In this document: piece after piece, positions 21,993-34,452 of the stretch
Numbering within the stretch: the first letter of the stretch is position 1
Layout: each line of letters opens with the position of its first letter
Sequence record: DRR723986_4811
Length of the DNA stretch: 64,000 bases
Strand: one strand, 5' to 3'
Made by a program: the position numbers and the translations under genes
The notes under the pieces: generated by a model
Databases searched by the model: none
What the model was told of the DNA's origin: nothing
Seen by the model: only the letters and a program-made list of their open reading frames with translations

Positions 21993-24203
21993 GTGAGGCA
22001 TACCAACAAAAAGATTCTGCCCTTTGTTTTTGCATCAGGTTTGTTGGCAAGTTCCTTCGCGCAGGCAGCACAGCTGGGTAAGCTCGAAGTGCTCTCCGGA
22101 GCGGGTGAACCGTTTCTGGCGCAAATTCAGGTTGATCTGGTGTTGCCAGAGGAACGTGCGTCCCTGCAGGCCAAGCTTGCCTCGGCTGAGGCTTTCAAAG
22201 CCGCTCGGCTAAGCATGGACCCGAATCTGCAGAATCTCCAGTTTGCTGTGCAAGACGGTCCTCAGCCTGGTACGGCATTGGTCAAAATTACGTCGGCCCA
22301 GCCTCTGCCCGCAGGTTTCATTGACACTCTGGTCGAATTGACCTGGGCAGGTGGCAGGGTAGCTCGTGAATATACCCTGACTGTGCCAGTTGGAGTGGCC
22401 CAAGCGGCTGAGCCTGCAACAAGCCTTCCTGAAATTCGACCCCCGATGACACCACCTGCGGTAGCACCCAAGGCCCCAGCGGTATCCGGGCCACCTGTAG
22501 CCTCCAAAGCACCCGCAGCTTCAGAATCCGTGGCGCCTGAAGGTACTTTGAATGTGGAGCGTGGCGATACTCTGTCGGAGTTGGCTTTGCAGCTGGTGGG
22601 TGACGGTGTGTCGTTGAACCAGGCGATGGCTGCAATTTACGAGGCCAACAAGGCCTCGTTTATTAATGGCAGCGTGCATCTGATTCGTGAGGGCGCCCAA
22701 ATTCAGGTTCCCAATCGTGCGTCGCTGCGAGCCCGCAATGCCAATGAGGCTTTGCTGATTCTTGCTCAAAATGACGATCGGAATGTGTACTCCGCTTATG
22801 CTCGCCAAATTGGTTTGCTGACCGTTGAAAATCAAGTGGCGACCTCAGGCTCGACTAGTACACAGGGTAGCATTGCGCCGCAAGAGCAAGCATCCAAGAC
22901 AAATGCTGCTGCACCCGCGGATCGATTGCAAATTGCGCCTGGTGCAGCCCAAGGTGCAAGTAATGCCGATGCAAACGCAGAAGAGTTGGTTGCAAAGAAC
23001 AAGGCACTGGCCGAGGCGAACGAACGAATTGCATTGCTCGAGAAGAACGTCAGCGATTTGCAGCGTTTGCTTGATATGCAAAAAGACCTGGGCAGCGAGC
23101 CTGCCGCACCTGCGGCTGATGGCTCGGAAGTGGGAACTGATGCCACCACTGAGCCAGCGGCTGTTGAAGTACCCTCGGAGACATTGGCTGAGAATGGTGC
23201 CGATGAGCCTGCTGCGGAACCGCAGGTGACCGGCGAGCCCGCTGGTAGCGATGGCGGCGTACAGGCACCAGTGGAGCAGGCCCCGGCAGAAGAGCAGCCT
23301 TTTGACTGGTTGCCCTGGATTTTGGCAGGTGCAGGTGGTTTGGTTGTATTGGTGTTGTTGTTGATTGTCCGTGCGCGCAAGAACAAAGCCAAAAATGAGG
23401 AGGATGAGCTCGAGGCCGAGGACGATTCTTCTTTCAGTGAAGTGAATGATTTTGATGAAGCCATCGCGGCAGCGAGTGCGGGAATCGTAGCGGAGCGTTC
23501 CAACAGCCTGAATAAGGCTGAAAATTCTGACTTTGATCTGGATGAAGTGCTGAATGATCGGTTGAAGCAGGCTGACCCGGATGAAGCAACGCAACTTCGT
23601 GCAGCCCCCGTGGAAGTGGACGATAAGCCAGCCGTGGCTGATGACATTCCTGAATTGAATGACGCTTCAGAGGAAGCACTACAACACAAGGAATCACTGG
23701 ACAGCGAAGTCACACTGGATTTTCCTGAGGAAGAGTCTAATGAATCCAAGTCGGGTTCGATTCTTGATGATCTGGACGAAATCGAAAAAGGCACCTTGGC
23801 GGCCCAGGAAGAGTTGGATGAGTTGCGCAAACAACCCCTGGCTCAGCATGACGTGAATTCGAGTGAGATAGATGCTGCATTTGACGACTTAATTGGCGAT
23901 GAGACCACCGGTGAAAAAGCGTTTGACTTGAAAGAGGGCGCAGAGAAAGCCAGCGATGAGGTGCTGGATGCAGTTCCTGAAGAGGCATTTGATAAAGCGC
24001 TTGTTGATCTGGATGTGGATGTACCGAACCCCAAAGTGGACGATGCCACCTGGCAGGAAGTCGCCACCAAGCTGGACTTGGCGGGCGCTTACGTTGAAAT
24101 CGGCGATGCAGATGGTGCCAAAGAGTTGTTGAACGAAATCGTGAAAAAAGGCGACGTGGATCAGGTTCGCAAGGCCAAAGCGCTTTTGGCCACGTTGAGC
24201 TAA
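21993..24203 (+). CDS. fimV: FimV/HubP-like polar landmark protein
   Basis: Signal peptide, LysM (VERGDTL), coiled coil, TM, acidic region, C-terminal KLDLAGAYVEIGD; GTG start after GGAG. Confidence 0.9.
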   Translation: MRHTNKKILPFVFASGLLASSFAQAAQLGKLEVLSGAGEPFLAQIQVDLVLPEERASLQAKLASAEAFKAARLSMDPNLQNLQFAVQDGPQPGTALVKITSAQPLPAGFIDTLVELTWAGGRVAREYTLTVPVGVAQAAEPATSLPEIRPPMTPPAVAPKAPAVSGPPVASKAPAASESVAPEGTLNVERGDTLSELALQLVGDGVSLNQAMAAIYEANKASFINGSVHLIREGAQIQVPNRASLRARNANEALLILAQNDDRNVYSAYARQIGLLTVENQVATSGSTSTQGSIAPQEQASKTNAAAPADRLQIAPGAAQGASNADANAEELVAKNKALAEANERIALLEKNVSDLQRLLDMQKDLGSEPAAPAADGSEVGTDATTEPAAVEVPSETLAENGADEPAAEPQVTGEPAGSDGGVQAPVEQAPAEEQPFDWLPWILAGAGGLVVLVLLLIVRARKNKAKNEEDELEAEDDSSFSEVNDFDEAIAAASAGIVAERSNSLNKAENSDFDLDEVLNDRLKQADPDEATQLRAAPVEVDDKPAVADDIPELNDASEEALQHKESLDSEVTLDFPEEESNESKSGSILDDLDEIEKGTLAAQEELDELRKQPLAQHDVNSSEIDAAFDDLIGDETTGEKAFDLKEGAEKASDEVLDAVPEEAFDKALVDLDVDVPNPKVDDATWQEVATKLDLAGAYVEIGDADGAKELLNEIVKKGDVDQVRKAKALLATLS

Positions 24204-24968
24204 ATGAACAGAGTGGCCTTGGGCCTGTGTTATGACGGTCATGAGTTTGAGGGTTGGCAAACTCAACGGCATGGTCGAACTGTCCAGGATCATTTGACCA
24301 AGGCTATTGAGGCCATTGCCCAGGAACCTGTTGTCCTGACATGTGCGGGCCGAACGGACACTGGTGTACATGCTCGCCAACAGGTTGTGCATTTTGATAC
24401 AGCAGCAGACAGGCCGCTGACGGCCTGGGTCAAAGGCGTTAACAACAGTTTGCCACCCACCATTTCAGTGCTCGGTGCCAAACAGGTTGATGCAAGTTTT
24501 CATGCACGTTTCAGTGCGATATCAAGAACTTATCGTTACTATTTTTACAGTGCTCCTGTTAGGGATCCATTTAAACGGTTTATGACATGGGTGCATTACC
24601 CGCTTGATTTGGCCGCCATGCGCCGTGCAGCGGAATGTTTGTTGGGCACACATGATTTCAGTGCGTTTCGCGCCTCGCAATGCCAGGCTGCAAGCCCTGT
24701 GCGCACACTGTATGCGCTCAATCTGATTGAAGCCTGTGACCACTGTTACTTTGAAATTCATGGCAATGCATTTTTGCATCACATGGTAAGAAACCTGATG
24801 GGTAGCCTGATGGAAGTGGGCCAGCACAGACAAGCCGAAAGCTGGTTAAGGGATGTGCTTGAATCCAGAAACAGAAGCCTGGCGGCAAAAACCTACCCCG
24901 CGCAGGGTTTAAGCTTGTGGAATATTGAATACTCCGAGCAATACGGAATACAGGAATTGTTTTCATGA
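24204..24968 (+). CDS. truA: tRNA pseudouridine(38-40) synthase
   Basis: AGRTDTGVHA, FHARFSA, AFLHHMVRN. Confidence 0.97.
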   Translation: MNRVALGLCYDGHEFEGWQTQRHGRTVQDHLTKAIEAIAQEPVVLTCAGRTDTGVHARQQVVHFDTAADRPLTAWVKGVNNSLPPTISVLGAKQVDASFHARFSAISRTYRYYFYSAPVRDPFKRFMTWVHYPLDLAAMRRAAECLLGTHDFSAFRASQCQAASPVRTLYALNLIEACDHCYFEIHGNAFLHHMVRNLMGSLMEVGQHRQAESWLRDVLESRNRSLAAKTYPAQGLSLWNIEYSEQYGIQELFS

Positions 24969-25600
24969 GAACCCGAATCAAGTTGTGCGGCTTTAAAACC
25001 GAAGACACGGTGCGTGCGGCCACTTGGGCTGGGGCTGACGCAGTGGGTTTTGTGTTTTATCCGCCTTCACCACGTCACATTGAGGTGGCGCAGGCAGGGC
25101 AGCTTGCGCGTTGTCTGGGTGCGTGGCAAACCCCGGTTGCCTTGTTTGTCAATCCGCAGGCTGATTTCGTCAATTCTGTCATTTCAGAAATTCCCAATGT
25201 GCTGTTGCAGTTTCATGGCGATGAAAGTCCACAGTTTTGCGACAGTTTCAGGCGCCCCTACATCAAAGCCATTCGTATGAAGGCTGGTGTTGACTTGCGA
25301 CAGGAGAGTGTTCGGTTTCATTCTGCGCAGGCGCTTCTTGTCGATTCATGGAGCGAGGCGTATGGTGGAACAGGGCATACTTTTGATTGGTCTTTGCTGC
25401 CCAAAGCGGGTGAATTGAAGCAGGCTTTGGTATTATCCGGGGGGTTGGATGCAAGCAATGTGGAACAGGCCATTCATGGCTTGCGACCCTATGGCGTCGA
25501 TGTGTCCAGCGGGATTGAGTCAGCGCGAGGCGTAAAGAGCATCGAAAAAATTGAAATGTTCTGCAAAGCGGTCCAGAAAGCCGATGCAGGGCTGTTGTAA
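24965..25600 (+). CDS. trpF: Phosphoribosylanthranilate isomerase
   Basis: [28 protein letters not shown]. Confidence 0.96.
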   Translation: MRTRIKLCGFKTEDTVRAATWAGADAVGFVFYPPSPRHIEVAQAGQLARCLGAWQTPVALFVNPQADFVNSVISEIPNVLLQFHGDESPQFCDSFRRPYIKAIRMKAGVDLRQESVRFHSAQALLVDSWSEAYGGTGHTFDWSLLPKAGELKQALVLSGGLDASNVEQAIHGLRPYGVDVSSGIESARGVKSIEKIEMFCKAVQKADAGLL

Positions 25601-25623
25601 GTGAACCCAGATTGAGCAGCATC

Positions 25624-26877
25624 ATGAACAAACCCTATGAATTTCCAGACGCCACCGGTCATTTCGGCCCCTATGGCGGAACTTTTGTGTCTGAAACCCT
25701 GGTTCATGCCCTGGAAGAACTGAAAAGTGTCTATGCGCATTATCAAAACGACCCCGAATTTTTGGCAGAGTTTGAAAGTGAACTGAAACATTTTGTGGGT
25801 CGCCCCAGTCCCATTTATCACGCCAAGCGGTGGTCTGATTTGGTCGGTGGGGCACAAATTTACTTCAAGCGGGAAGACTTGAACCACACTGGCGCGCACA
25901 AAGTAAACAATTGCATCGGGCAAGCCATGTTGGCAAAGCGCATGGGTAAACCCCGTGTAATTGCGGAAACAGGCGCTGGCCAGCACGGCGTGGCTACGGC
26001 CACTGTGGCTGCGCGTTACGGGATGAAGTGTGTGGTGTACATGGGTCAGGAAGATGTGGCCCGGCAAGCACAAAACGTATTCCGCATGAAACTGTTGGGT
26101 GCTGAGGTTATTCCGGTCACCTCTGGCTCCAGAACCCTCAAAGATGCCCTGAACGAAGCCATGCGCGACTGGGTGACGAACGTGGAAGACACGTTTTACA
26201 TCATTGGCACCGTCGCGGGCCCACACCCATACCCCATGTTGGTTCGCGACTTCCAAAGCGTAATTGGTCGCGAATGCATTCAGCAAATGCCGACCATGGT
26301 AGGTAAGCAGCCAGATTATGTGCTGGCCTGTGTAGGTGGCGGATCAAACGCCATGGGTATTTTCCATCCCTATTTGAACGTGGATGGCGTGAAGCTGGTG
26401 GGCGTGGAAGCTGCGGGCGAGGGCATTGAAACTGGCAAGCATGCTGCATCGCTGAGTGCTGGCACGCCAGGCGTGTTGCATGGTAACCGTACCTACCTGT
26501 TGCAAAGCGATGATGGTCAGATTATTGAAACCCATTCGGTTTCCGCGGGTCTGGATTATCCTGGCGTTGGCCCGGAGCATGCGTGGCTGAAGGATTCTGG
26601 CCGGGCTGAATACGTAGGCATTACCGATGCTGAAGCGCTTGAAGCCTTCCACCAGTGTTGCCGTATTGAGGGCATCATCCCTGCGCTGGAAAGCAGCCAT
26701 GCCTTGGCCCATGCCGCGAAGCTGGCCAAAACCCTGCCCAAAGACAAAGTGATTCTGGTGAACCTGTCTGGCCGCGGTGACAAGGATATGCACACCGTGG
26801 CGCGCCTGAGTGGCGCCGAGTTTTATTGCCACCCCGATTGCAAAACAGGTGCAGAAATGGCCTGCAACAAGAAATAA
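25624..26877 (+). CDS. trpB: Tryptophan synthase beta chain
   Basis: [12 protein letters not shown] lysine, [16 protein letters not shown]. Confidence 0.98.
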   Translation: MNKPYEFPDATGHFGPYGGTFVSETLVHALEELKSVYAHYQNDPEFLAEFESELKHFVGRPSPIYHAKRWSDLVGGAQIYFKREDLNHTGAHKVNNCIGQAMLAKRMGKPRVIAETGAGQHGVATATVAARYGMKCVVYMGQEDVARQAQNVFRMKLLGAEVIPVTSGSRTLKDALNEAMRDWVTNVEDTFYIIGTVAGPHPYPMLVRDFQSVIGRECIQQMPTMVGKQPDYVLACVGGGSNAMGIFHPYLNVDGVKLVGVEAAGEGIETGKHAASLSAGTPGVLHGNRTYLLQSDDGQIIETHSVSAGLDYPGVGPEHAWLKDSGRAEYVGITDAEALEAFHQCCRIEGIIPALESSHALAHAAKLAKTLPKDKVILVNLSGRGDKDMHTVARLSGAEFYCHPDCKTGAEMACNKK

Positions 26878-26892
26878 ATTTCTATTAAAACC

Positions 26893-27708
26893 ATGTCAAG
26901 AATCAAAGCAGTATTTGCAAAATTGAAAGAAGAGGGTCGCAAGGGCCTGATTCCGTTCGTCACCGGCGGTGACCCCGACCCGGGTCAAACTGTGGCCATG
27001 TTGCATGCCTTGGCCAATGCAGGTTCCGATGTCATTGAGTTGGGCGTGCCGTTTTCTGACCCCATGGCCGATGGCCCGGTTATTCAGCGTTCAAGCGAAC
27101 GTGCGCTTGAAAAGGGAGTGACTTCCCGCAAAATTCTGGATTATGTCGCTGAGTTTCGTCAGACCAACCAACACACTCCAATCGTGCTCATGGGGTATGC
27201 CAACCCCATCGAACGCATGGGTGTTGAAAAGTATGTCGCCGAGGCAAAAAAGGCGGGTGTGGATGGTGTATTGGTGGTGGATTACCCGCCCGAGGAGTCA
27301 CTTGAGTTTTCCAAATACCTGCGTGCCGCTGAACTGGATCCTATATTTTTGCTGGCACCTACCTCTTCCGATGAGCGCATTGAAAAAGTGGCAAAGGTAG
27401 CCAGCGGTTATGTGTATTACGTGTCGCTGAAAGGCGTGACTGGTGCGCAAAACCTGAATGCTGCGGAAGTCAGTTCCAAGTTGCCCACCATTCGCAAATT
27501 CACTGACGTGCCCGTGGGCGTCGGTTTTGGTATTCGCGATGCCGAGTCGGCATGCCGTGTCGCACAATCCGCAGATGCGGTGGTGATTGGCTCTGCATTG
27601 ATTCAATTTTTAGAAGCAGGTAGCCCACAAGAGGCCGCCGCTTTGGCGGGCAAGTTTATTGCCCCGATTCGTGCTGCGCTGGATGCGCAATTTGGCACGA
27701 CACAATAA
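26893..27708 (+). CDS. trpA: Tryptophan synthase alpha chain
   Basis: [26 protein letters not shown]. Confidence 0.98.
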   Translation: MSRIKAVFAKLKEEGRKGLIPFVTGGDPDPGQTVAMLHALANAGSDVIELGVPFSDPMADGPVIQRSSERALEKGVTSRKILDYVAEFRQTNQHTPIVLMGYANPIERMGVEKYVAEAKKAGVDGVLVVDYPPEESLEFSKYLRAAELDPIFLLAPTSSDERIEKVAKVASGYVYYVSLKGVTGAQNLNAAEVSSKLPTIRKFTDVPVGVGFGIRDAESACRVAQSADAVVIGSALIQFLEAGSPQEAAALAGKFIAPIRAALDAQFGTTQ

Positions 27709-27741
27709 CTTCCAAAAGAAATCCTCAGCAAGGGAAAGTGT

Positions 27742-28620
27742 ATGAGTTGGTTTGACAAAATTATTCCACCGCGCATTTCCTCAAAGACACCCGGCGACGC
27801 AGCCAAGAAAAGCGTTCCTGAAGGTATTTGGGCGAAATGCAAGAGCTGTGATGCAGTGCTCTATCAAAATGATTTGGTGAGCAATGCCATGGTTTGCCCC
27901 TCGTGCACCTATCACATGCGCATCGGGTCTCGCGAGCGCCTGAATTTGTTGTTCGACAATGATGAGCGCATTGAAATTGGGCAGGAAGTGCTGCCCATGG
28001 ATACTTTGAAATTCAAAGACAGCAAAAGTTACACTGCACGTTTGAATGAAGCCAAAGAGGCCACTGGTGAAACCGATGCCTTGGTGGTTCAGAAAGGTGT
28101 GATGAACGGAATTGAGGTGGTCATTGCCTGCTTTGAATTTGAGTTCATGGGTGGGTCAATGGGCTCTGTCGTGGGCGAGCGTTTTTGTCGCGGCGTGCAG
28201 GCGGCGCTTGACGCCAATGTTCCGTTTATCAGCATTGCGGCCTCTGGCGGCGCACGCATGCAGGAAGGCTTGGGTTCGCTGATGCAAATGGCAAAAACCT
28301 CGGCCATGCTGGCCAAGTTGAGTCAGGCCAAGCTTCCCTATATTTCTGTGCTGACCGACCCTACGATGGGTGGCGTTTCTGCGAGTTTCGCTTTTCTGGG
28401 CGATGTGGTGGTTGCAGAGCCCAAAGCCTTGATTGGTTTTGCCGGCCCACGCGTGATCGAACAAACTGTTCGTCAAACCTTGCCTGAAGGTTTTCAGCGT
28501 GCCGAGTTTTTGATGGAAAAGGGTGCGGTGGATTGCATTGTAGATCGCCGTGAAATGAAGAAAACCCTGACCAGCCTTCTGGCGCTGTTGATGAAAAAAC
28601 AGATTGACCAGCCGGCTTGA
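27742..28620 (+). CDS. accD: Acetyl-CoA carboxylase carboxyltransferase beta subunit
   Basis: CKSC...CPSC zinc finger, [13 protein letters not shown]. Confidence 0.98.
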   Translation: MSWFDKIIPPRISSKTPGDAAKKSVPEGIWAKCKSCDAVLYQNDLVSNAMVCPSCTYHMRIGSRERLNLLFDNDERIEIGQEVLPMDTLKFKDSKSYTARLNEAKEATGETDALVVQKGVMNGIEVVIACFEFEFMGGSMGSVVGERFCRGVQAALDANVPFISIAASGGARMQEGLGSLMQMAKTSAMLAKLSQAKLPYISVLTDPTMGGVSASFAFLGDVVVAEPKALIGFAGPRVIEQTVRQTLPEGFQRAEFLMEKGAVDCIVDRREMKKTLTSLLALLMKKQIDQPA

Positions 28621-28656
28621 AACCGAGCGGCCTGAAAACTAGCAGCCTGAATACTT

Positions 28657-30063
28657 ATGAACCAAGCAGTACCCCAACCAAACCCTTCCAAACCGATGAA
28701 GCCAGCCGCCAATGCGGCATTGAATGAGTGGCTGGCTTATCTGGAGTCGATTCACAGCAAACCAATTGATATGGGTCTGGACCGCTTGAAAGTGGTTCAG
28801 AAACACATGAGTTTTGCCTTAAATGGCGTGGTGTTTACAGTAGCGGGTACGAATGGCAAGGGGTCAACCTGCGCCATGCTGGAAAGCATTCTGATTCAGG
28901 CGGGCTACAAGGTGGGCATGTACACCTCGCCGCATCTGATCCGCTTTACTGAACGCGCCCGCGTCAATGGTGCCGAGGTGGAGGAGCCGGAGCTGATTTC
29001 CGCCTTCGAACAGGTGGAAGAGGCCCGCATCGCAACGGGTGTTTCCCTGACTTATTTTGAGTTCACCACGCTGGCAGTGGCCTTGGTGTTCTCTCGTCTG
29101 GATCTCGATGCCGTTATTCTGGAAGTGGGCTTGGGTGGCCGATTGGACGCGGTCAATATTTTTGACACCGACTGCGCGATTTGCACCAGCGTCGATCTTG
29201 ATCATCAAGCCTTTCTTGGTCCCGACCGGGAAAGCATTGGCCGCGAGAAGGCGGGTATATTCCGAGCAGGCAAGCCCGCCATTGTAGGCGACCCCAAGCC
29301 GCCACAAAGTGTGATCGACCATGCCAATTCAATTGGTGCCGATTTGTGGCTGTTTGCGCGCGACTACAACTACAGTGGCGACAAGCAGCAATGGGCCTAC
29401 GGCGGGCGTACCATGCGCCGTGCTGCACTCGCATACCCGGCTTTGCGTGGTACCAACCAATTGTTGAATGCCTCAGCAGCGTTGGCTGCGCTGGAATCTG
29501 TGCGGGATCGTTTGCCTGTGCCAGCACAATCGATTCGGCAGGGTTTTCTCTTGGTGGAGTGGCCAGGGCGTTTTCAAGTGCTGCCGGGTCAACCCACGGT
29601 GGTTCTGGACGTTGGACACAATCCCCATGCTGCCGCGCATTTGCGTGAAAGCCTCGACAACATGGGTTTTTTTCCATACACCCATTGTATTTTCGGGATG
29701 CTGGCAGACAAGGACGCTGTAGAAGTGGTCAAGGCCTTGAAAGACAGGGTAGACCATTGGCACCTGGTACCGCTTGAAGGTGACCGGGGGCGCAGCACCG
29801 CCCAGTTGAGGCAGCAGCTTGAACTGGCCGGTGTGGACGCAGGGGCTTTTGACTGGGTTGGCAATTCCCAGGCACTGGCCAAAGGGGGTATTGCAAAGCA
29901 GCCCCCAGAAAAAAGCGTGCAGAGCTACGAGAGTGTGGGTCAAGCGTATGCGGTGGTCACTTCTGCGGTGCCACCCAATGATAGAATTCTGGTTTTTGGA
30001 TCCTTCCTGGTTGTGGCGCAGGCCATGCAAGCCAAAGAAGCGCTTCGAAAACGTCCCAGTTAA
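28657..30063 (+). CDS. folC: Bifunctional dihydrofolate/folylpolyglutamate synthase
   Basis: AGTNGKGS, LEVGLGGRLDAVN, DVGHNP. Confidence 0.96.
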   Translation: MNQAVPQPNPSKPMKPAANAALNEWLAYLESIHSKPIDMGLDRLKVVQKHMSFALNGVVFTVAGTNGKGSTCAMLESILIQAGYKVGMYTSPHLIRFTERARVNGAEVEEPELISAFEQVEEARIATGVSLTYFEFTTLAVALVFSRLDLDAVILEVGLGGRLDAVNIFDTDCAICTSVDLDHQAFLGPDRESIGREKAGIFRAGKPAIVGDPKPPQSVIDHANSIGADLWLFARDYNYSGDKQQWAYGGRTMRRAALAYPALRGTNQLLNASAALAALESVRDRLPVPAQSIRQGFLLVEWPGRFQVLPGQPTVVLDVGHNPHAAAHLRESLDNMGFFPYTHCIFGMLADKDAVEVVKALKDRVDHWHLVPLEGDRGRSTAQLRQQLELAGVDAGAFDWVGNSQALAKGGIAKQPPEKSVQSYESVGQAYAVVTSAVPPNDRILVFGSFLVVAQAMQAKEALRKRPS

Positions 30064-30080
30064 TTTTTTCAGGAGTGCAG

Positions 30081-30800
30081 GTGAGTTCAAATTCGCGTTC
30101 TACTGCCAGGAACAAAGTCAACAACGATCCAGTTGATGAGTTGAAACGCAGGTCCAGAAGGCGGTTGGTGGGCTCCATCGCACTTTTTCTGGCCGCTATC
30201 ATTGTGGTTCCCGCTTTGGTGGAAAACGAACCTTCCCAGACCAGCAGTGATATTGAGCTGGTCGTTCCTGATCGTCCATCTGCTGAAATTCCGACACAGG
30301 CTCCAGTACCCTCAGAATCCCCAACAATTGAAGCGTCAAGGTCTACCCAGGAGCAGGCTGTCGCCACCGCACCAGTTGCGCCTCCAGTAGAACCACCACC
30401 GCTGGTTTCCGAACCTGCGCCTGAACCCAAGGTTGAACCCAGGCCCGAGATTAAGCCTGCCCCAAAAGCTGAAATCAAACCAGACATCAAGCAAGAAGCC
30501 AAACCTGAACCCAAGGTTGAGCCTAAGACTGAACCCAAGATTGAAGACCCAATTGCGGCATTTGCCAAGGCAGAGGTGTATTGGGTTCAGGTTGCTGCGG
30601 TCAGTGACAAGGCTCGCGCCGACGCATTGAGCAAAGAATTGAGCGGCAAGGGTTTCCCTGCGAAGGTGGAGTCTACCAGCTCTGGCAATGGCACGGTATT
30701 CAGGGTGAGAGTCGGGCCAATTTCAGGCCAGACCAAGGCCGATGAAACCAAAGCCAAGCTGGCCGCGGCAGGTTACTCGTCGGGGAGAGTAGTGCAGTGA
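30081..30800 (+). CDS. dedD: SPOR-domain cell division protein DedD
   Basis: RRRLVG + TM, Pro/Lys/Glu linker, C-terminal SPOR (WVQV...FRVRVGP). Confidence 0.88.
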   Translation: MSSNSRSTARNKVNNDPVDELKRRSRRRLVGSIALFLAAIIVVPALVENEPSQTSSDIELVVPDRPSAEIPTQAPVPSESPTIEASRSTQEQAVATAPVAPPVEPPPLVSEPAPEPKVEPRPEIKPAPKAEIKPDIKQEAKPEPKVEPKTEPKIEDPIAAFAKAEVYWVQVAAVSDKARADALSKELSGKGFPAKVESTSSGNGTVFRVRVGPISGQTKADETKAKLAAAGYSSGRVVQ

Positions 30801-31288
30801 CGATATTCGATTACATCGTCATTGCCGTGGTGGTGCTGTCGGTCATTCTGGGTTTGTTCCGCGGCATGGTTAAGGAAGTACTGTCGCTGGCCAACTGGGT
30901 GTTGGCCTTCTGGGTGGCCAATCGTTATGGCGCAGACCTGGCGGTTTACATGGACTGGGCCGAATCGCTCAGTCCGCCGATGAAGGCCCTGATAGGTTGC
31001 GCCGCTGCATTTTTCGCAACCATGTTGGTGGGTGCGATTCTGATTTCACTGCTGGGCAAAATTGTTGCTGCAGCGGGTTTGGGTTTTGCGGATCGTGGCC
31101 TGGGTGCCACGTTCGGCTTCGCGCGTGGTTTATTTATTGTGTTGGTGCTGGTTACTGGGGCAGGCTTCACCTCGCTTCCGGAACAGCCATTTTGGCGAAA
31201 TGCCATGTTGTCCCCTTTGGCAGTGGATGCGATGAGAGAAATCAAACCGCATTTGCCCGAAAGTGTGGCCAAGTGGGTGCGCTACTAG
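30797..31288 (+). CDS. cvpA: Colicin V production protein CvpA
   Basis: FDYI..RGMVKE, DRGLG..FG.ARG; upstream of purF. Confidence 0.93.
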   Translation: MTIFDYIVIAVVVLSVILGLFRGMVKEVLSLANWVLAFWVANRYGADLAVYMDWAESLSPPMKALIGCAAAFFATMLVGAILISLLGKIVAAAGLGFADRGLGATFGFARGLFIVLVLVTGAGFTSLPEQPFWRNAMLSPLAVDAMREIKPHLPESVAKWVRY

Positions 31289-31297
31289 GAGCTTTCA

Positions 31298-32812
<1,515 letters not shown>

Positions 32813-32907
32813 GCGGGGTTCACAATCGCTGACTTTTGACCAAGCGGAATTCATGCTTTTGTCAGTTTTAAGTCAGCGCTTGGGGTAAAATGTTCAACTG
32901 ATTGATT

Positions 32908-32939
32908 TAAAAGCGCGAAATGGTTCGCGCTTTTTATTT
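32908..32939 (+). terminator. Terminator-like hairpin directly upstream of lysC
   Basis: AAAAGCGCGAA-ATGG-TTCGCGCTTTT followed by TATTT. Confidence 0.7.
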
Positions 32940-32957
32940 GTGCAGGGCGATCTGACT

Positions 32958-34214
32958 ATGTCACTGATAGTACATAAATACGGTGGCACCTCCATGGGGT
33001 CCACAGAACGTATCAAGAATGTAGCCAAGCGTGTCGCCAAATGGCATCGCGCGGGCTATCAAATGGTGGTGGTGCCATCGGCCATGTCGGGCGAAACCAA
33101 CCGACTAATCGGCTTGGCCAAGGAAATTCAGGCTGAGCCTGATCCCCGTGAACTCGATATGCTGTGTTGCACAGGTGAGCAGGCATCTGTTGCCTTGTTG
33201 GCCATGGCGTTGAAGGCTGAAGGCCTGGATGCAATCAGTTTTTCGGGATGGCAGGTACCCATTAAGACTGACAGCAGCTACACCAAAGCACGTATTGAGT
33301 CGATTGACGACACTCGAGTGAAAGCTGAATTGAACGCCGGCAAAGTGGTGATCATCACCGGTTTTCAGGGCATTGATGAGGCGGGGAACCAAACGACGCT
33401 GGGCCGTGGTGGTTCCGATACTTCTGCTGTGGCAATCGCTGCAGCAATGGGTGCAGCTGAGTGCCTCATTTATACCGATGTAGACGGTGTGTATACCACT
33501 GACCCTCGCGTGGTGCCCGAGGCACGCCGCATGCGCGTTGTGAGTTTTGAAGAAATGCTGGAAATGGCCTCCTTGGGCTCAAAGGTTCTGCAAATTCGCT
33601 CCGTTGAGTTTGCAGGCAAGTACCGCGTGCCCACTCGTGTGCTTTCCAGCTTGACCGACCCAATGATGTCGCTGGACGAAGAAAAAGTGTCTGGCACGCT
33701 GATTACTTTTGAGGAAGATGAACATATGGAACAGGCTGTTGTTTCCGGTATCGCTTTCAACCGTGATGAAGCAAAAGTGACCATTCGTGGCGTGCCTGAC
33801 AAGCCCGGTGTGGCCTATCAAATTTTGGGTCAGGTTGCAGAAGCCAACATCGACGTGGACATGATCATTCAGAACCAGGGTTCGGATGGCACCACCGATT
33901 TCACTTTCACCGTACACCGCAACGAATTCACCAAAACCATGGATTTGTTGAAAAACAAGATTCAAGGCAGCGTGGGTGCACGTGAAGTGGCGGGCGACAC
34001 CAATGTATGCAAAGTATCGATTGTGGGCATTGGCATGCGTTCACATGTGGGCGTGGCCAGCCTGATGTTCAAAACCTTGTCGGAAGAGGGCATCAATATT
34101 CAGATGATTTCTACATCTGAAATCAAGGTGTCGGTGTTGATCGACGACAAGTACATGGAATTGGCAGTTCGTGCCCTGCACAAGGCCTTTGGTCTGGAAA
34201 AAGAAGCAGCTTGA
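32958..34214 (+). CDS. lysC: Aspartate kinase
   Basis: KYGGTS, TLGRGGSD, DVDGVYTTDP, two ACT domains. Confidence 0.97.
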   Translation: MSLIVHKYGGTSMGSTERIKNVAKRVAKWHRAGYQMVVVPSAMSGETNRLIGLAKEIQAEPDPRELDMLCCTGEQASVALLAMALKAEGLDAISFSGWQVPIKTDSSYTKARIESIDDTRVKAELNAGKVVIITGFQGIDEAGNQTTLGRGGSDTSAVAIAAAMGAAECLIYTDVDGVYTTDPRVVPEARRMRVVSFEEMLEMASLGSKVLQIRSVEFAGKYRVPTRVLSSLTDPMMSLDEEKVSGTLITFEEDEHMEQAVVSGIAFNRDEAKVTIRGVPDKPGVAYQILGQVAEANIDVDMIIQNQGSDGTTDFTFTVHRNEFTKTMDLLKNKIQGSVGAREVAGDTNVCKVSIVGIGMRSHVGVASLMFKTLSEEGINIQMISTSEIKVSVLIDDKYMELAVRALHKAFGLEKEAA

Positions 34215-34309
34215 ACTGGAGTTTGGGCTGAGTTTTGAGTGATTGGAATGCGGTTCAATTTGCGTGAAAGCGATTTGCGCCAGCATTCAACATTTTGGTC
34301 GAAACCGTG

Positions 34310-34315
34310 TATAAT
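34310..34315 (+). promoter_or_regulatory. Sigma70 -10 element of tRNA-Ser
   Basis: TATAAT followed by TCGGCC discriminator, 10 nt before the tRNA. Confidence 0.65.
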
Positions 34316-34325
34316 TCGGCCTTCT

Positions 34326-34416
34326 GGAGACGTGGCCGAGTGGTCGAAGGCACTCCCCTGCTAAGGGAGCATACCCCAAAAGGGTATCGGAAGTTCGAAT
34401 CTTCTCGTCTCCGCCA
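34326..34416 (+). tRNA. tRNA-Ser(GCT)
   Basis: GGAGACG/CGTCTCC acceptor stem + GCCA, anticodon arm CTCCC-CTGCTAA-GGGAG, long variable arm, GTTCGAATC T loop. Confidence 0.97.
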
Positions 34417-34421
34417 GAATG

Positions 34422-34452
34422 AAAAGGGATCCCGCTTGGGATCCCTTTTTTT
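34422..34452. terminator. Bidirectional intrinsic terminator
   Basis: AAAAGGGATCCC-GCTT-GGGATCCCTTTT plus T run. Confidence 0.9.

Noticed and set aside
30410-30550. GAACCCAAGGTTGA-type repeats as a CRISPR or mobile repeat
   Set aside because: They are in-frame codon repeats of the PEPKVEP linker of DedD, without regular unique spacers
32813-32957. Lysine riboswitch upstream of lysC
   Set aside because: The spacer is too short and lacks the conserved aptamer sequences; kept only as an unexplained structured leader
34215-34325. csrA between lysC and tRNA-Ser, as in pseudomonads
   Set aside because: Only 111 bp, holding the tRNA promoter, with no CsrA-like ORF
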